DNA of 64,000 nucleotides from Gnetum montanum. Taxonomy: Eukaryota > Plantae > Gnetophyta. Under the pieces are notes generated by a model. That model was not told the DNA's origin. It searched no databases and was given only the letters and a program-made list of their open reading frames with translations. This document shows positions 12,878 through 23,893 of the stretch, in pieces. The DNA lies in the NCBI GenBank assembly GCA_015680685.1, contig MNCI01001986.1:309618-373617 (forward strand), given 5' to 3'. Position 1 is the first letter of the stretch, and the number at the start of each line of letters is the position of its first letter. Both the position numbers and the translations under genes were made by a program.

Positions 12878-14540
12878 ATTGTCTTGAAGAAATTGCTTAT
12901 TTGAGCCTTGGAAGTTTGAACAATTTGTAGTTATTGAGTTTGGGATAGCTTTATTTTGAAGTGTTTACTTGTGTCATTTTACCTTGTTTAAATATTTGAG
13001 GTCCACACAAATCTTTTTTCTTTCTGTCTATTTCCATCGAATCTTGCTCTATTTCTAGTTTTCTTGTGGAACTACCTCTTTCTTGGGGGAAAATTAGAAG
13101 TAGATTCACAGAGTTGTGCTCAAATGTTTTTGCAAAATTTTATTTGTTACAAGTAGGTATTATAAGGACCATGTAGACTAGGCAATTGAACAAAATAGGA
13201 ACTCTCAATAACTCACAGTACTTGGCAAAGTTGGCTGAATCTCTTTAAGATAAGTCATTTGTAGTTTACACACAACACAATCATTTCATATTTCACAACC
13301 ACACACTGCAACAGCACACACACATACTCACATTAACTACTGAGTCTATTTGGAGGTATCTGGGCCTTGGTGTTGCCAGAGACCAGCAGGCACCTAAATC
13401 CTGTTCGAGGACACTCGTTAGCAGTCGCGTCCCAAACGGTCGCCAACAGTTTGCAGATCAGAATTATATCCCTCGTCAAATTTTGGGATATTTTTCATAT
13501 CTAGGTGCCTGATCCAACTATCCTTCATGTGCCTGGTTGGAATTCTTATTGCCTTTGAAATGTTAAGCATACTTTGAGTTGCTAGTAAAGGTTCATCATC
13601 ATCACTGTGTTGATGACGCCAATGATAGTTTTGGCCACCCCTTCGATTTTGGCGGCCTTCATGGTCATTGTTATTTTGTTGATCACCTTCATCACGGTTA
13701 TTTCAATGATGGCTTCCATGAGAACAATCAGATGAAGAAGAATGTTTGGAATCAAATGAAGAGGATGAAGAGGAAGGTGGACTAACACTACCACCATGGT
13801 GTCTACCACCACTCTTACACTTTTTACAATCACCATCATTAGATCCCTTGTTATTGTCATGTTTACCCAAGTTCCTACCTTGGCTACCACTCTTTCTTGA
13901 ACCCGATTTATGAATAGTTGATGACAAGGTCAAGTTCACACCCTCACGATTAGTAATAGGGGGTTAAGAATCTTCGTATTGAGAACCTTCCAAGGGAGGA
14001 TCCTCATTGTCCTCTTAATTTAGTAGGAATAAGGGGTTAGTGTAATGTTTCCCCTCTGTGGCTTCATGAAGTCTCTCTTGACATTTATCTTGCTTATTTT
14101 GTGTTTCAGTGGGATAATATTTTTGAGTGTCATATCCATCTACAATGTACTCTTCATGAAGATTTTCTATGCCCAAATTCTTAAGGATTTTAAATAGCAT
14201 TCTGGGCACAGATCTATCAGGGGGCAAAACAACATTGCCCTCCATATCATGCCATCGCATTTGTTCATCCCGATGTAGAATGAAGGTGAAATTCAACACA
14301 AACTCATCTGGATGAGTGTATACCACCTTGCATTCTTGTGGGACCAGTGGTTTAGTATCTTCAGGCTTATGAGAAGAAGAAGACATTTTGTAAAAAAAAA
14401 TGAAATTATCAGTGTGCTTTTATAATTTATGTATAGTGGGAATGTTATTGACTTTTAGGTTCATACAACAATATTAGTGGTATCCACTTAGACCTAAATA
14501 GCACATGTTCCACAAAAAAAGTCCCCAGTAATGGTGCCAA

Positions 14541-15448
14541 TGATGAGTGATAAGGTACCCCTATGCCCAACCATACAAATCACAAGTGTTCATGCATGAT
14601 TTGGTTGATTTATATGGACTTCATTGTTTCTAGTGTAGTAGCCCTTTAGGAAGTGAATTCAGCCTTAAGGTTAATCATTGTCATCCCAATTACACTTGTG
14701 ATGTACATTGGTATGGTTAAGTGTAATTGACACCTTTGATTTTTATCATTTTGTATTTTATATTTTGATGCTCGAAATGTAGATAAAAGGAGTGTAATTA
14801 ACTAATCTAAATTACTCATTAACTAATCATCTAACTAATCCTAACATAATTATCCATTCCTACTTTCCGTACATGTATTGAACCCATGTATCCACTACTG
14901 AGAACCAAACACTACACTATTGGGTGTACCAAGTGATAATGTTGCTAGGATTACCAAGAAAATACATGTTACACTCGAAGCGGTCGTACTTATGTGTGTA
15001 ATCTATCTTTCTTGATTATCTCATTGATGTAATAACTAGAAAATATTTGATAACTAATTGAAGCATTTAATAAATAATTGAAAACATTAAATGCATAAAT
15101 AAAATAGCTAATCTATCCAAAGTGCTACAAGGTTTATTAGAAAGCTTGTCTTTATTGCTGCACACATTGTCATACTCAGGTACAACAATACTCAAATAAA
15201 GATCCATACACTCAATGACTCTTGCTATAGGCACTTAGGGAAAAAATTCCAACTTTTGAATGGAAAAACTGCAAGAGCTTTGCTACTACTAAAATTTGGA
15301 TTTTCCATAAATGCAGCTGGTAGGCATGTATTTATAGGCAATGGATAAACACTACATCAATGAGGCCTCGTCGATGTACGATGAAATGCATTGATGGGGC
15401 CTCGTTGACGAGGCCTCATCGACACAGCCAACCAACGATGACTCATCA
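14541..15448 (-). repeat. 5' LTR of element A (908 bp)
   Basis: TGATGAG termini; U5 end homologous to the LTRs at 49892-50727 and 61832-62973; minus-strand TATA CCTATAAATA at 15329-15338. Confidence 0.9.
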
Positions 15449-17810
15449 TACATATTTTTTTGTTCATAAATAGGAACCTTTTTATCATGAAGAGTTGGAT
15501 CCAAGTTATATTCCTCTACACTCTTCCTTTTACACATCTCTCCTTCTTCTTTTGCCACCTATTCAACTAGCCTTTATATCTAATGAGCCCTCAACTCTAA
15601 TAATCTTCCTTAGGCATAGATCCCAAGGGTCTTCCTTTGGCATAGATCCTAAGGATCTTCCTTATTTTACTTTGAAGCCCATCTATGATGTGATGAAGCT
15701 ATTCTTTTTGATAAAATCCATAACTTGGGCATCTATGCAATAGAAAATAGTATCTTCCGAAGGCTACAGCTACGAATTCATGGTTTTCTTGCTTCCACCC
15801 TTGGATTTATTCTCTTATATTGGACACTCTTGAATAGGTTTAGTATTTTTTGTTGAGGAGCTTAAGGATTGTGGACAACTGGTGGATTGAATCTAGTTCC
15901 AACAATCTTAGTATCCTAGGAAAGAGCTTATGCTTTTGTCACTTACTTTCAATATTTTTCAAGGTGTAGGCATCATGGAAGACTTGTAAATGATGTTGTG
16001 GATCAAAATTATAGCCTCCCTTAAATTTAAAAAATGTTATTTATATTAAGCCATTTGATGTAGCTTTCTCTTTAATGCCTATGGGATATTCTAACTACCT
16101 CCATGATCTATATCATGCTTTTAGTAGCCAACAAGGATTCATCATCATCAAACATGTCATGAACATAATCTCTATTTCAATAAGTCTAATAGTAATGATC
16201 TCATCTATACTCCTTTTTATGTCTTTCATGTTATCATTGATTTCTATTTCTATCTTCATCTTGACTCCTTAGTGCATCTCTATCTCTATACCTACATTCA
16301 TCTTTATCATAACTAGATGTTGAAGATAAAGAGGAAGATGGTTAACTGGGAGAATTGTCATGACCCTTATATCTCCCCCTATGATCTCTTGATTCATCTC
16401 TTCTAGGTTTGAAGGAGGCCCTAGGACATAAGGTCCTCTTTGTTTTAAGATTAATCCCATCCCCTTTACAGTTGTCTATGATAGTCGAACATAGTCCTTG
16501 AATATAGTAAGAATCAGATTAAGCATATGATACATCTGCTTGTAGTGTTTCACTTTAATTCTCTTCAATATAGATCCTATCATTGCTACTATCATTGTTC
16601 TCACCATGTGATGGACTCTAGGTCCTATGTGAAGAAGACATATTTTTATTTGATAATGTGTATGACTTAAAATATTAATTGTCCTTAAAAGATAAGTCAT
16701 TAATTCTTTTATAATGATTATTTATAATATAACTAATATAGATCACTAGCACCATCCTTGACAACAGTGCCAATGATGAGCAATAGGCAACCCCTATGCC
16801 CAACCATATGAATCATAAGCATTCACATGCAATTTGATTGAATTCCATGGATGGAACTAGTGTGGTATTTATATTGTTAAGAATTGATCATAAATCACTA
16901 TCTTCTCACTTAGACTAGTAGTAGCTTTATCGCGTATGGTTGAGTCCAAAGTGAGGCATATGATTATTGATGTTATGCAACTAATGCTAATCATATGAAA
17001 GTATGGAAATTAATTATTTAATCCAATTAATAATAAGAACATAAATATAAAACTATCCTAAGGGTAATGAGTGTTCATTCCCAACTTGTTGTACACATCC
17101 TAAACTCGCATACCCACTACTGGAATTACCAAGTATTATGCCATTGGATGAACCAAGTAATAACACTACTGGGATTACCAATTGTTTATGCTTGAAACTG
17201 GTCATGTTCATTCCATCGATTAACTAACATACATGGAAATTTAAATATTAACTAAGTACATAGAAAATAAATTGCATTAAAAGTAAATCTATTCTAAGTG
17301 AATAGGAATAAATCACGATCTTATTGTCATTCATTGAGTGTGTCTAGGTACAATGCCACTTGAATAAGATGTTGTACAACTAACTCAAATCCACATTGTG
17401 AGCACTCATTGACTATTCTCTAGGATTATAGAATGCAATTACAAGATTCTAGCTATGCAATTGATCAAATATTGCCAAATACATAGTAGGTGCTCACTTA
17501 TTTTTAGGCAAATACAGGAATTTCATTGACAGTGATGCATTAACACATTTAGTTACATCAATGGGGATGCGTCAATGAGGCTGCATCAATGTGGTTTATT
17601 TGATAAGAATGCATTGATGCAGCTAAGTTATAGCAGATATGATATCGCATCTACGATATAGCATCTATGATGTAGTAGCCAACTAAGATGCATTTACAAG
17701 GATGCTACAATGCAAATGTGACATAGCATCAACAATATAGCATCTATGATATCTTAGTGAACTTTTACACTTGAAAAAATGATGCATTATGATGTCCTCA
17801 TGACTCAACT
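15449..17810 (-). mobile_element. Older Athila-type element B (LTR ~16774-17810, decayed PBS ~16755-16772, gag remnant); host of element A
   Basis: LTR end TGATGAGCAATAGGCAACCCCTATGCCCAACCATA is homologous to A; gag motif GYNFDPQHHLQVFHDA at ~15970-16020. Confidence 0.8.
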
Positions 17811-17899
17811 ACTTGACATATTAGGCCTCATCACTAACTATATTTTCCTTGTGGGTAAGCCAATCTCCTAGGTATTTACTTTTTGATACACTTGGGATT

Positions 17900-19120
17900 T
17901 AAAATTTCCACCCCTAGATTCTTGAAGATGTAACATTACTAGGTGTCATCCCTTGGAATGTTCATATTGGCATATGTCACATCCATCATCTTCTTTTTAA
18001 TTAGAATATGTAATCTTTTACACTACATGTGCTTTTCCTTTGTACTTGTATGCATCCTTGTATGTTTTCTTGCTCTTCTTCTTTTCCTACTCCTTGATTC
18101 TTACCTACTCTATCTTTTCCTCCATGAATTTCAATGTGAATTGAAATATTTTATCCATTTAGTTCCACATTTATTAATATTATTTTATCCATTTAGGGAT
18201 AGATTTTATTATTATCAAGGTCTTCCATTGTACCACTTTCTCTAGTGATGCCTCTTCTTTTGGATTACAAATGGTATTCTTCTTGCTAAGAGCTAGGTCC
18301 TGATTATAGTCTTTTGTGTCTTTCCTCTTTCTAAGAACTTTGTACAATCAATTATTTTATTTAATGGGCTTTGATTTCTTATAGTATTTCTTGGGAAAAG
18401 TTCCCAAGGGTCTTCCTTATTCTATTATGGATCCCATATTTGATGTAACAAAGTTTCTCTTTTTGAAAAAATCCATGACTGAGTGATTTGTAGTTTTAGA
18501 CCATGCTAAGGGATTTGTAGTTTCATTGCTTTAAATCTTGAATCTATTTTCTTAGCTTAGACACTCTTAATTAGGTTTGATATTTTTATTAAAGAGATGT
18601 AGCATGGTTAACCATCAATAAATTGAATCTAGCTTCAAAGACATGTACCAAATTTCTACTTCTTTTATCAGTATCCTTGGAAAGAGCTTCAACTTATGTT
18701 ACTTATTCTCTAATTTCACCAAGGTAGATGTATCATGAAAGGTTTATAAATGATGTTATGGATCAAATTTATAACCTTTCTTAAATTTGAAAATGTTGTT
18801 TATATCAAGCTGATTGATTGGACTTTCGTTCAAATGTTTTTAGAATATTCTAACTACTTATGTAATTTGGATCATACTTCTTATGGTCAACAAGGATACA
18901 TTGAAATCATCATTAAGTATATCATAATCATAATTATGATTGTTATTTTATCTACAGATATGATCTTTTTAATGGTCTCTCTCATGTATTTTTCCTTTTG
19001 CTCTATCTTTATTATAATTTTTATCTCTATTTCTATCTTGGTATCTATCTCTATTGTTATCTTAATCATGATCAAGATGCTTATTGTTAAGTTATCTGTT
19101 CTTTTGATATTGCACTATAG
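17900..19120 (-). mobile_element. Further gag remnant of the same Athila-type group (element C)
   Basis: Minus strand 18600-18800 parallels 15850-16040 (GYKFDP.HHL..FHD, KLFPRIL, WYMSLKLDSI). Confidence 0.65.
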
Positions 19121-19679
19121 AATATGAAGAATCAATCAAATAGAGGACTATGGGTTACATGGGATTAAGTTTCTAAAATTATGGTGAAGGATACTCTTGA
19201 TAAAACAAATGACTATCTTATCAATCAATCTCAATACAATAATCTCATCACAAGAATATCATTAAACAAACATAAATTCTCTATCTTCAAAAGTTCTATG
19301 TATATCTATTTGTATATCTATCTCTATATGTTTATCTTTTCTCTCTCTATTCTTCTCTTCTACTTATCTTATAGTTACACTTCAATATGATATGAAAATG
19401 ACTTCAGTTGATGTTTGCAATAACTTCTAGCTAACAACTACAACTTGGATGTGAGTTGTAGCTAGGTTGCTACTTCTTGCCTAAAGAAGAATCATCAAGT
19501 TAATTAACTATTGTAAGGGATTGTGATCAACAATCTCAATTAACCATTTCAAATGATTGAGTATTCAAACCTTAACAATCGAGTAGTCATTAGGCTAAAA
19601 TATCCATTATGACTATGATAGGGGTATGAGTCATAGGGACTTGCACTAATGAATTTCATTCTTCTATTAAAAAATAAGT

Positions 19680-20030
19680 TGCAAGTGGCTACGAATCACA
19701 TCTAGAAGAAACTCTATGTTGCAAGTTCATGCAAATCATATGAGAATGCAATACCTTGTCAAACTTGATTTCAACTTCCCAAGCTATGTCCATCTTTGTT
19801 TGAAGATCACTCCACTTGTTCCTTAGTCCTCTATCTTTTGAAAATTGACTTTTGGTGGTTGTAGAATAGACATTATTTGTTAAATAAGTTTGAAACTCAT
19901 TGGGAATCAAATTTTGAAAAATTATTAGTGGTTGTGGGTTGCATGAGCTCACAACTACCTATCCAAGTCTTAAAATAATGTTAACCAAGTACAAAGGAGC
20001 ATCAATTCACATCCTAATATAGCTCCCAAC
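19680..20030 (-). mobile_element. Fragment homologous to the gag N-terminal region of element D (31800-32150)
   Basis: Shared blocks GAAACTCTAT.TTGCAAGTTCAT, CCTCTATCTTTTGAAAATT, CATTGGGAATCAAATT, GGGTTGCATGAGCTCA and GAGCATCAATTCACATCCTAA. Confidence 0.8.
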
Positions 20031-20329
20031 TAGCTCTTTATTGTCTCAATAAAAGAGAGAGGAATAATATGCATAAATCAATGAGAATACAATAAATAAT
20101 GAAGGACATCATGAAATCAATCCCCTCTATCATAACACCTTAAAGCATACAAAGAGAGAAAGGGAAAGAAGAAGTGAAGAACCAAAATGCTCAAACTAGA
20201 GGAGTTGAGCCTTATCCTAAAAGAGATGTGGAAGGCTCTATTGAAGGAGCAGATTCAGATGCATTCTCACCTATTTTCTCATTCATGAAATCCTCTTTGT
20301 CACCTCATCTTCCACTTGGTTAGTAGATC

Positions 20330-21700
20330 TAGATGGTTTAGCCTAATTTGCATTAGTGATCAGGGATCCTCATGGGTGCAAACTCTGGATCCACCAATTC
20401 ACTAACCTCCTAGTAACTAACTATGTGATGAAGATCCCTCATCCTGGAAAGTAAATGATGCCCCAAATTTTCACATTGGAGGCCAACTGATACTACCTCC
20501 TCTAAAGTCGATTATAGTTCGCATGAAGACACACTTCCATCTCATTATCATGTATAATGAGACTTGTTTATAGGACATCTAATTAGGTCATGAACTAGGA
20601 TTTAGCTCCCACTAAAGCCTAAACAACACCTACCATGCTTTGCTACTACTATTGCTATATTAGCCTAGTGGGCCTCCCAAGTAGGCCTACCCCCATCTCT
20701 AGGGACACGTGGGTCAAGAATCCACGTAACCACCTCATACCATGTCCTAGGCAACTGCTGAGTGTAGAAATCATATCCCAAATTTTGGAATTGGTCCTCA
20801 TCCCATGCAATAATCTCCTTGACGGGCAAGATAGGTGGTCAAATTTGAAAATGTTGTTATAATGTTAAGATCACTGATGTGAAGGGAACCCCATTGGCAT
20901 CTCAAACTGCCAACTTCATCCTTAAAAAAATGATAAACAGATAATTAAGGGTGTAAATACCCTCCAAGTCATTCATAACCAAAATGCCAAAGGACATGAC
21001 ATGCATGAAATGAGAGCTACCCAAAATGTTCATCATCACTGCAATTGTAAGAATCCTCCTTTCTAGGGAAAGGTTCTTGTAGGATCATCTTATCTCATCC
21101 ATCACCACATTAAGGAGGCCCTCTACCAACTGAGGCTTCCTCTTTGATGATGCTACTACAAAGTGCAATTTGTTTGGTGTTTTCTAGGGAAAGGTTCTTA
21201 TAGGATCATCTTGTCTCATCCATCGCCACATTAAGAAGGACCTCCACCAACTAAGCCTTCCTCTTTGATGATGCTACTATAAAGTGCAATTTTTTTGGTC
21301 CCACTTGCATCTCAAGAACCTTAGCAATGAGGACCTTGGTAATGTCAGACGACATGGTGCCAACTTGAAAAGTTCATGATGTAGGCAAAGTCCTCCATAA
21401 TGTTATGTAGTATTGTCAAGCCTCCCACTCATAGAACACCTCACCTCATGTCAAGACAAACTCCAGGTTGTGAACTATCAAACAAGCCTCAACTAGTGAA
21501 TTCACTAGTTCTATGAGGGGCTTGAAGGTCCTAGGTGCCCTCAATGGCACCATAGGAAACTTTGCCTCCTGGCACTCATGCTTCATGTGCTTCCTATGAG
21601 AACATTCATGCTACTCTTCTTGAGCACATATTCATGCTATTAGATTTATATTTGTTGAAGATTATCCCTTAGTACATCCCCTCTTATGCTAGGATGCGTG
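20330..21700 (-). pseudogene. Decayed retroelement accessory (env-like) ORF remnant
   Basis: Minus strand ~21040-20830 reads TLNYLFIIFLRMKLAV*DANGVPFTSVILTL*QHFQI, similar to the IN...I...M......LP....LT.IF.HF.I motif of plant LTR accessory ORFs. Confidence 0.4.
21060..21300. repeat. Tandem duplication, 2 x 121 bp
   Basis: TTCTAGGGAAAGGTTCTT..GATGATGCTACTA.AAAGTGCAATTT starts at 21061 and at 21182. Confidence 0.9.
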
Positions 21701-22849
21701 AGAAGTTCCTTGCTATAGGGAACATCAGTACACATACAATAATAATATAATGCATAAAAGAAAAACATGAAATAGAATGCAATAAATAAAGTATCATAAA
21801 AATATCATAATATCAAAATTAAAAATAAACATGATGCAAATACATTATAGAAAGTATATAATAACAAACAACTATAAAGATCTATACCAGTATTTCCAAA
21901 ATATCAACAATGTTGGTACCCCTAACGAAGTCTTTATTGTCCCCAACGTACATGACTAGTGTAGAGATGGAAAATACAAAACATGGTAAAATTAAATATG
22001 AATATTTTGAATAACATAATGAGGAATTAGTTATTCATCAACAATGGATTAACTACTATACCATGAGTGTAGTGCTTAAAATGAAATTACTTGATAGTAT
22101 CCCACACTGTTAAGTAATTCTCAAAATAAAATTATTATTTTCATAGCTCTAGCTTAATAGTGAATTACTTACGGATTAGGATAGCTATAGTAAGAAAAAC
22201 ATGATACCCATACTAATANCTAATGAACTCTAGGTTTTTGGTGTCTTCCTTGGTATTTTGGTGCTTTTCATTTAGGGTTCCAAGCATTTTCTGTATTAAT
22301 TTAATTTTAAATTCTACATAGAACTAGGCTTTTGTTTTTTTTTTGTTTTTGTTTTTTTCTATTTTTGAATTGTTAGAAGTTTTCTATTAGTATGGGTATC
22401 ATGTTTTTCTTACTATAGCTATCCTAATCCGTAAGTAATTCACTNAGTCTAAGAGGAAAAATGCATTAGAAAAAGATATTTGATACATACCTTAGAGATT
22501 TTGTAGATGGAAGAAGGCTTAGAGGTAAGATCTAGTAGCTATGTATGTAATGAAAGCTTACTTTAGCTTTTGGATGTATCTTACAGTGCTCTATGATGAA
22601 AAATGATATTTAGTTTTGTGGGATGCACTTTTATTTTTGCATTTTTAAATCAAGTTGTCACTAACTATGAGTTGTAACCTATCACAACATCAAAATAAAA
22701 AATTTTAATAAATTTTGAAGTTGCAACCAACTACGGGTTGCACCTCATTGCATCTCCAAAACTAAGGATAGCACCTAGCTGCACTTTTCTACAATTCGAG
22801 AATTTAACATTATAGTGAAATGCACTACAAATCATAGGCATTTGCACTT

Positions 22850-23893
22850 TTTGAAACTTGGGTACTTCTACGCTCAAAGGGTAGAATCCTTGCATACCTC
22901 TAGAATTTATTCCTTTGAAATATGGTTTAGAAGGGATCACAACCTTTACAATGTTTGAGCTCCACTCGAAGTATTTTCTCATTAGAAAAACACTCAACCC
23001 TACAAGGTTCCAACAAGCTCAAAATGTGATTTAGAGGATCCCACAATTTTTATAAAGATGTAAGCTCCACTCGGAGTATTTTCTTGTTGGAAATATACTC
23101 AACCTCACAAGGTCCCAACAAACTTACAAGATGTCTTGTCACAAAAAGCACATAAACCCTGTAGGCTTACAAAGAGAGAAAAATAATCAAGGAGAGAATG
23201 TAACTCAATTTACAAAGTCGTTGCACTTAGGCACACATACAACAATTCATAGCAATTCACAAATGATGACAACCATGAGGAACAAAGCCAATTCACCTAG
23301 TATAGATAATTATAGATATTTTAATGAATAGTGCTTTACATTTCCCAATAATATTACTTTTTTAATAGTCTTTTACATTCCAAATCCTCATCAACATTCA
23401 TGTAATAGCTAGAAAATGGCTAATTAGGATATTTCATTTGTGCTTGGAACATCTATCTACAAACAAATCATATTCACATGGAATTTTCCATAGAAAATTG
23501 GGATGTCTCACTTGGGACATCATAGCAACAATTGGGACATCTATTGTTTATTTGGGACATTTAGCCTACAACTGTCATTTGAACTCTAGGATGTTCTTTT
23601 GACATTTGGGATGTCTCGAAAAATCTTGATACACCTTATTTTGGCTTGTAGACTTCATTTTCTAATTGAGACTTTGTGTCATCTCATATTGGCATCCTAG
23701 CTCTCATCTTGATAACTCAGCTCTCATTTTGGTACCATGAAGCTCTTATCATAATTATCATGAATTCCTTGTATTTATACCAATATGCTTTTATCCCGAT
23801 CTTGTCATATTATTCTTTCTTAGTCCTACAAGACCATAAGCACATTTCCACATTCTCAATTTTTCAAGATTTTAACATACCAAAAGGTCAATA
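22850..23893 (-). mobile_element. LTR (solo or truncated) of the Sirevirus-type family
   Basis: Terminus AACATACCAAAAGGTCAATA is the reverse complement of the LTR start TGTTGACCTTTTGGTATGT at 34933/40235; shares the AAGGGTAGAAT block. Confidence 0.8.

Larger units (their letters stand above)
9959..13448. mobile_element. 3490-bp insertion with solo-LTR-like termini enclosing a mosaic of captured sequence
   Basis: Starts TGTTGGC (9959), ends GCCAACA (13448); perfect 5-bp TSD GTTTG at 9954-9958 and 13449-13453; removing it restores the gag of element A. Confidence 0.88.
8460..14386 (-). pseudogene. gag remnant of element A, split by the 9959-13448 insertion
   Basis: Reading across the insertion gives ..DDDEPLLAT..LDMKNIPKFDEGYNSDLQT|YLQAFQDACA..KLKFFPRTL..WYRSL, collinear with the gag at 42975 and 63114; CEICQYKHSKGCC knuckle at ~9120-9155. 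Confidence 0.88.
4408..15448 (-). mobile_element. Athila-type Ty3/gypsy element A (5' LTR, PBS, gag-pol; decayed, interrupted)
   Basis: LTR 15448-14541 with TGATGAG..CTCATCA termini; PBS TGGCACCATTACTGGGGA (14539-14522), a decayed tRNA-Asp PBS; gag, PR, RT, RH and INT remnants in gypsy order. Confidence 0.92.

Noticed and set aside
10150-13200. Helitron as the carrier of the gene fragments
   Set aside because: No convincing 5' TC / 3' hairpin-CTRR termini at an AT site were found by eye; left as an open alternative.
14015-14386. Endogenous virus gene
   Set aside because: It lies directly after an Athila PBS and reads through stops in frame into recognisable gag; no viral motifs were recognised.
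22159-22444. Perfect 60-bp inverted repeat (22159-22218 / 22385-22444) suggesting a MITE or hairpin RNA
   Set aside because: Each arm ends at a single N (22219, 22445) and the arms are identical in otherwise decayed DNA. This is most likely a small contig scaffolded in the wrong orientation.
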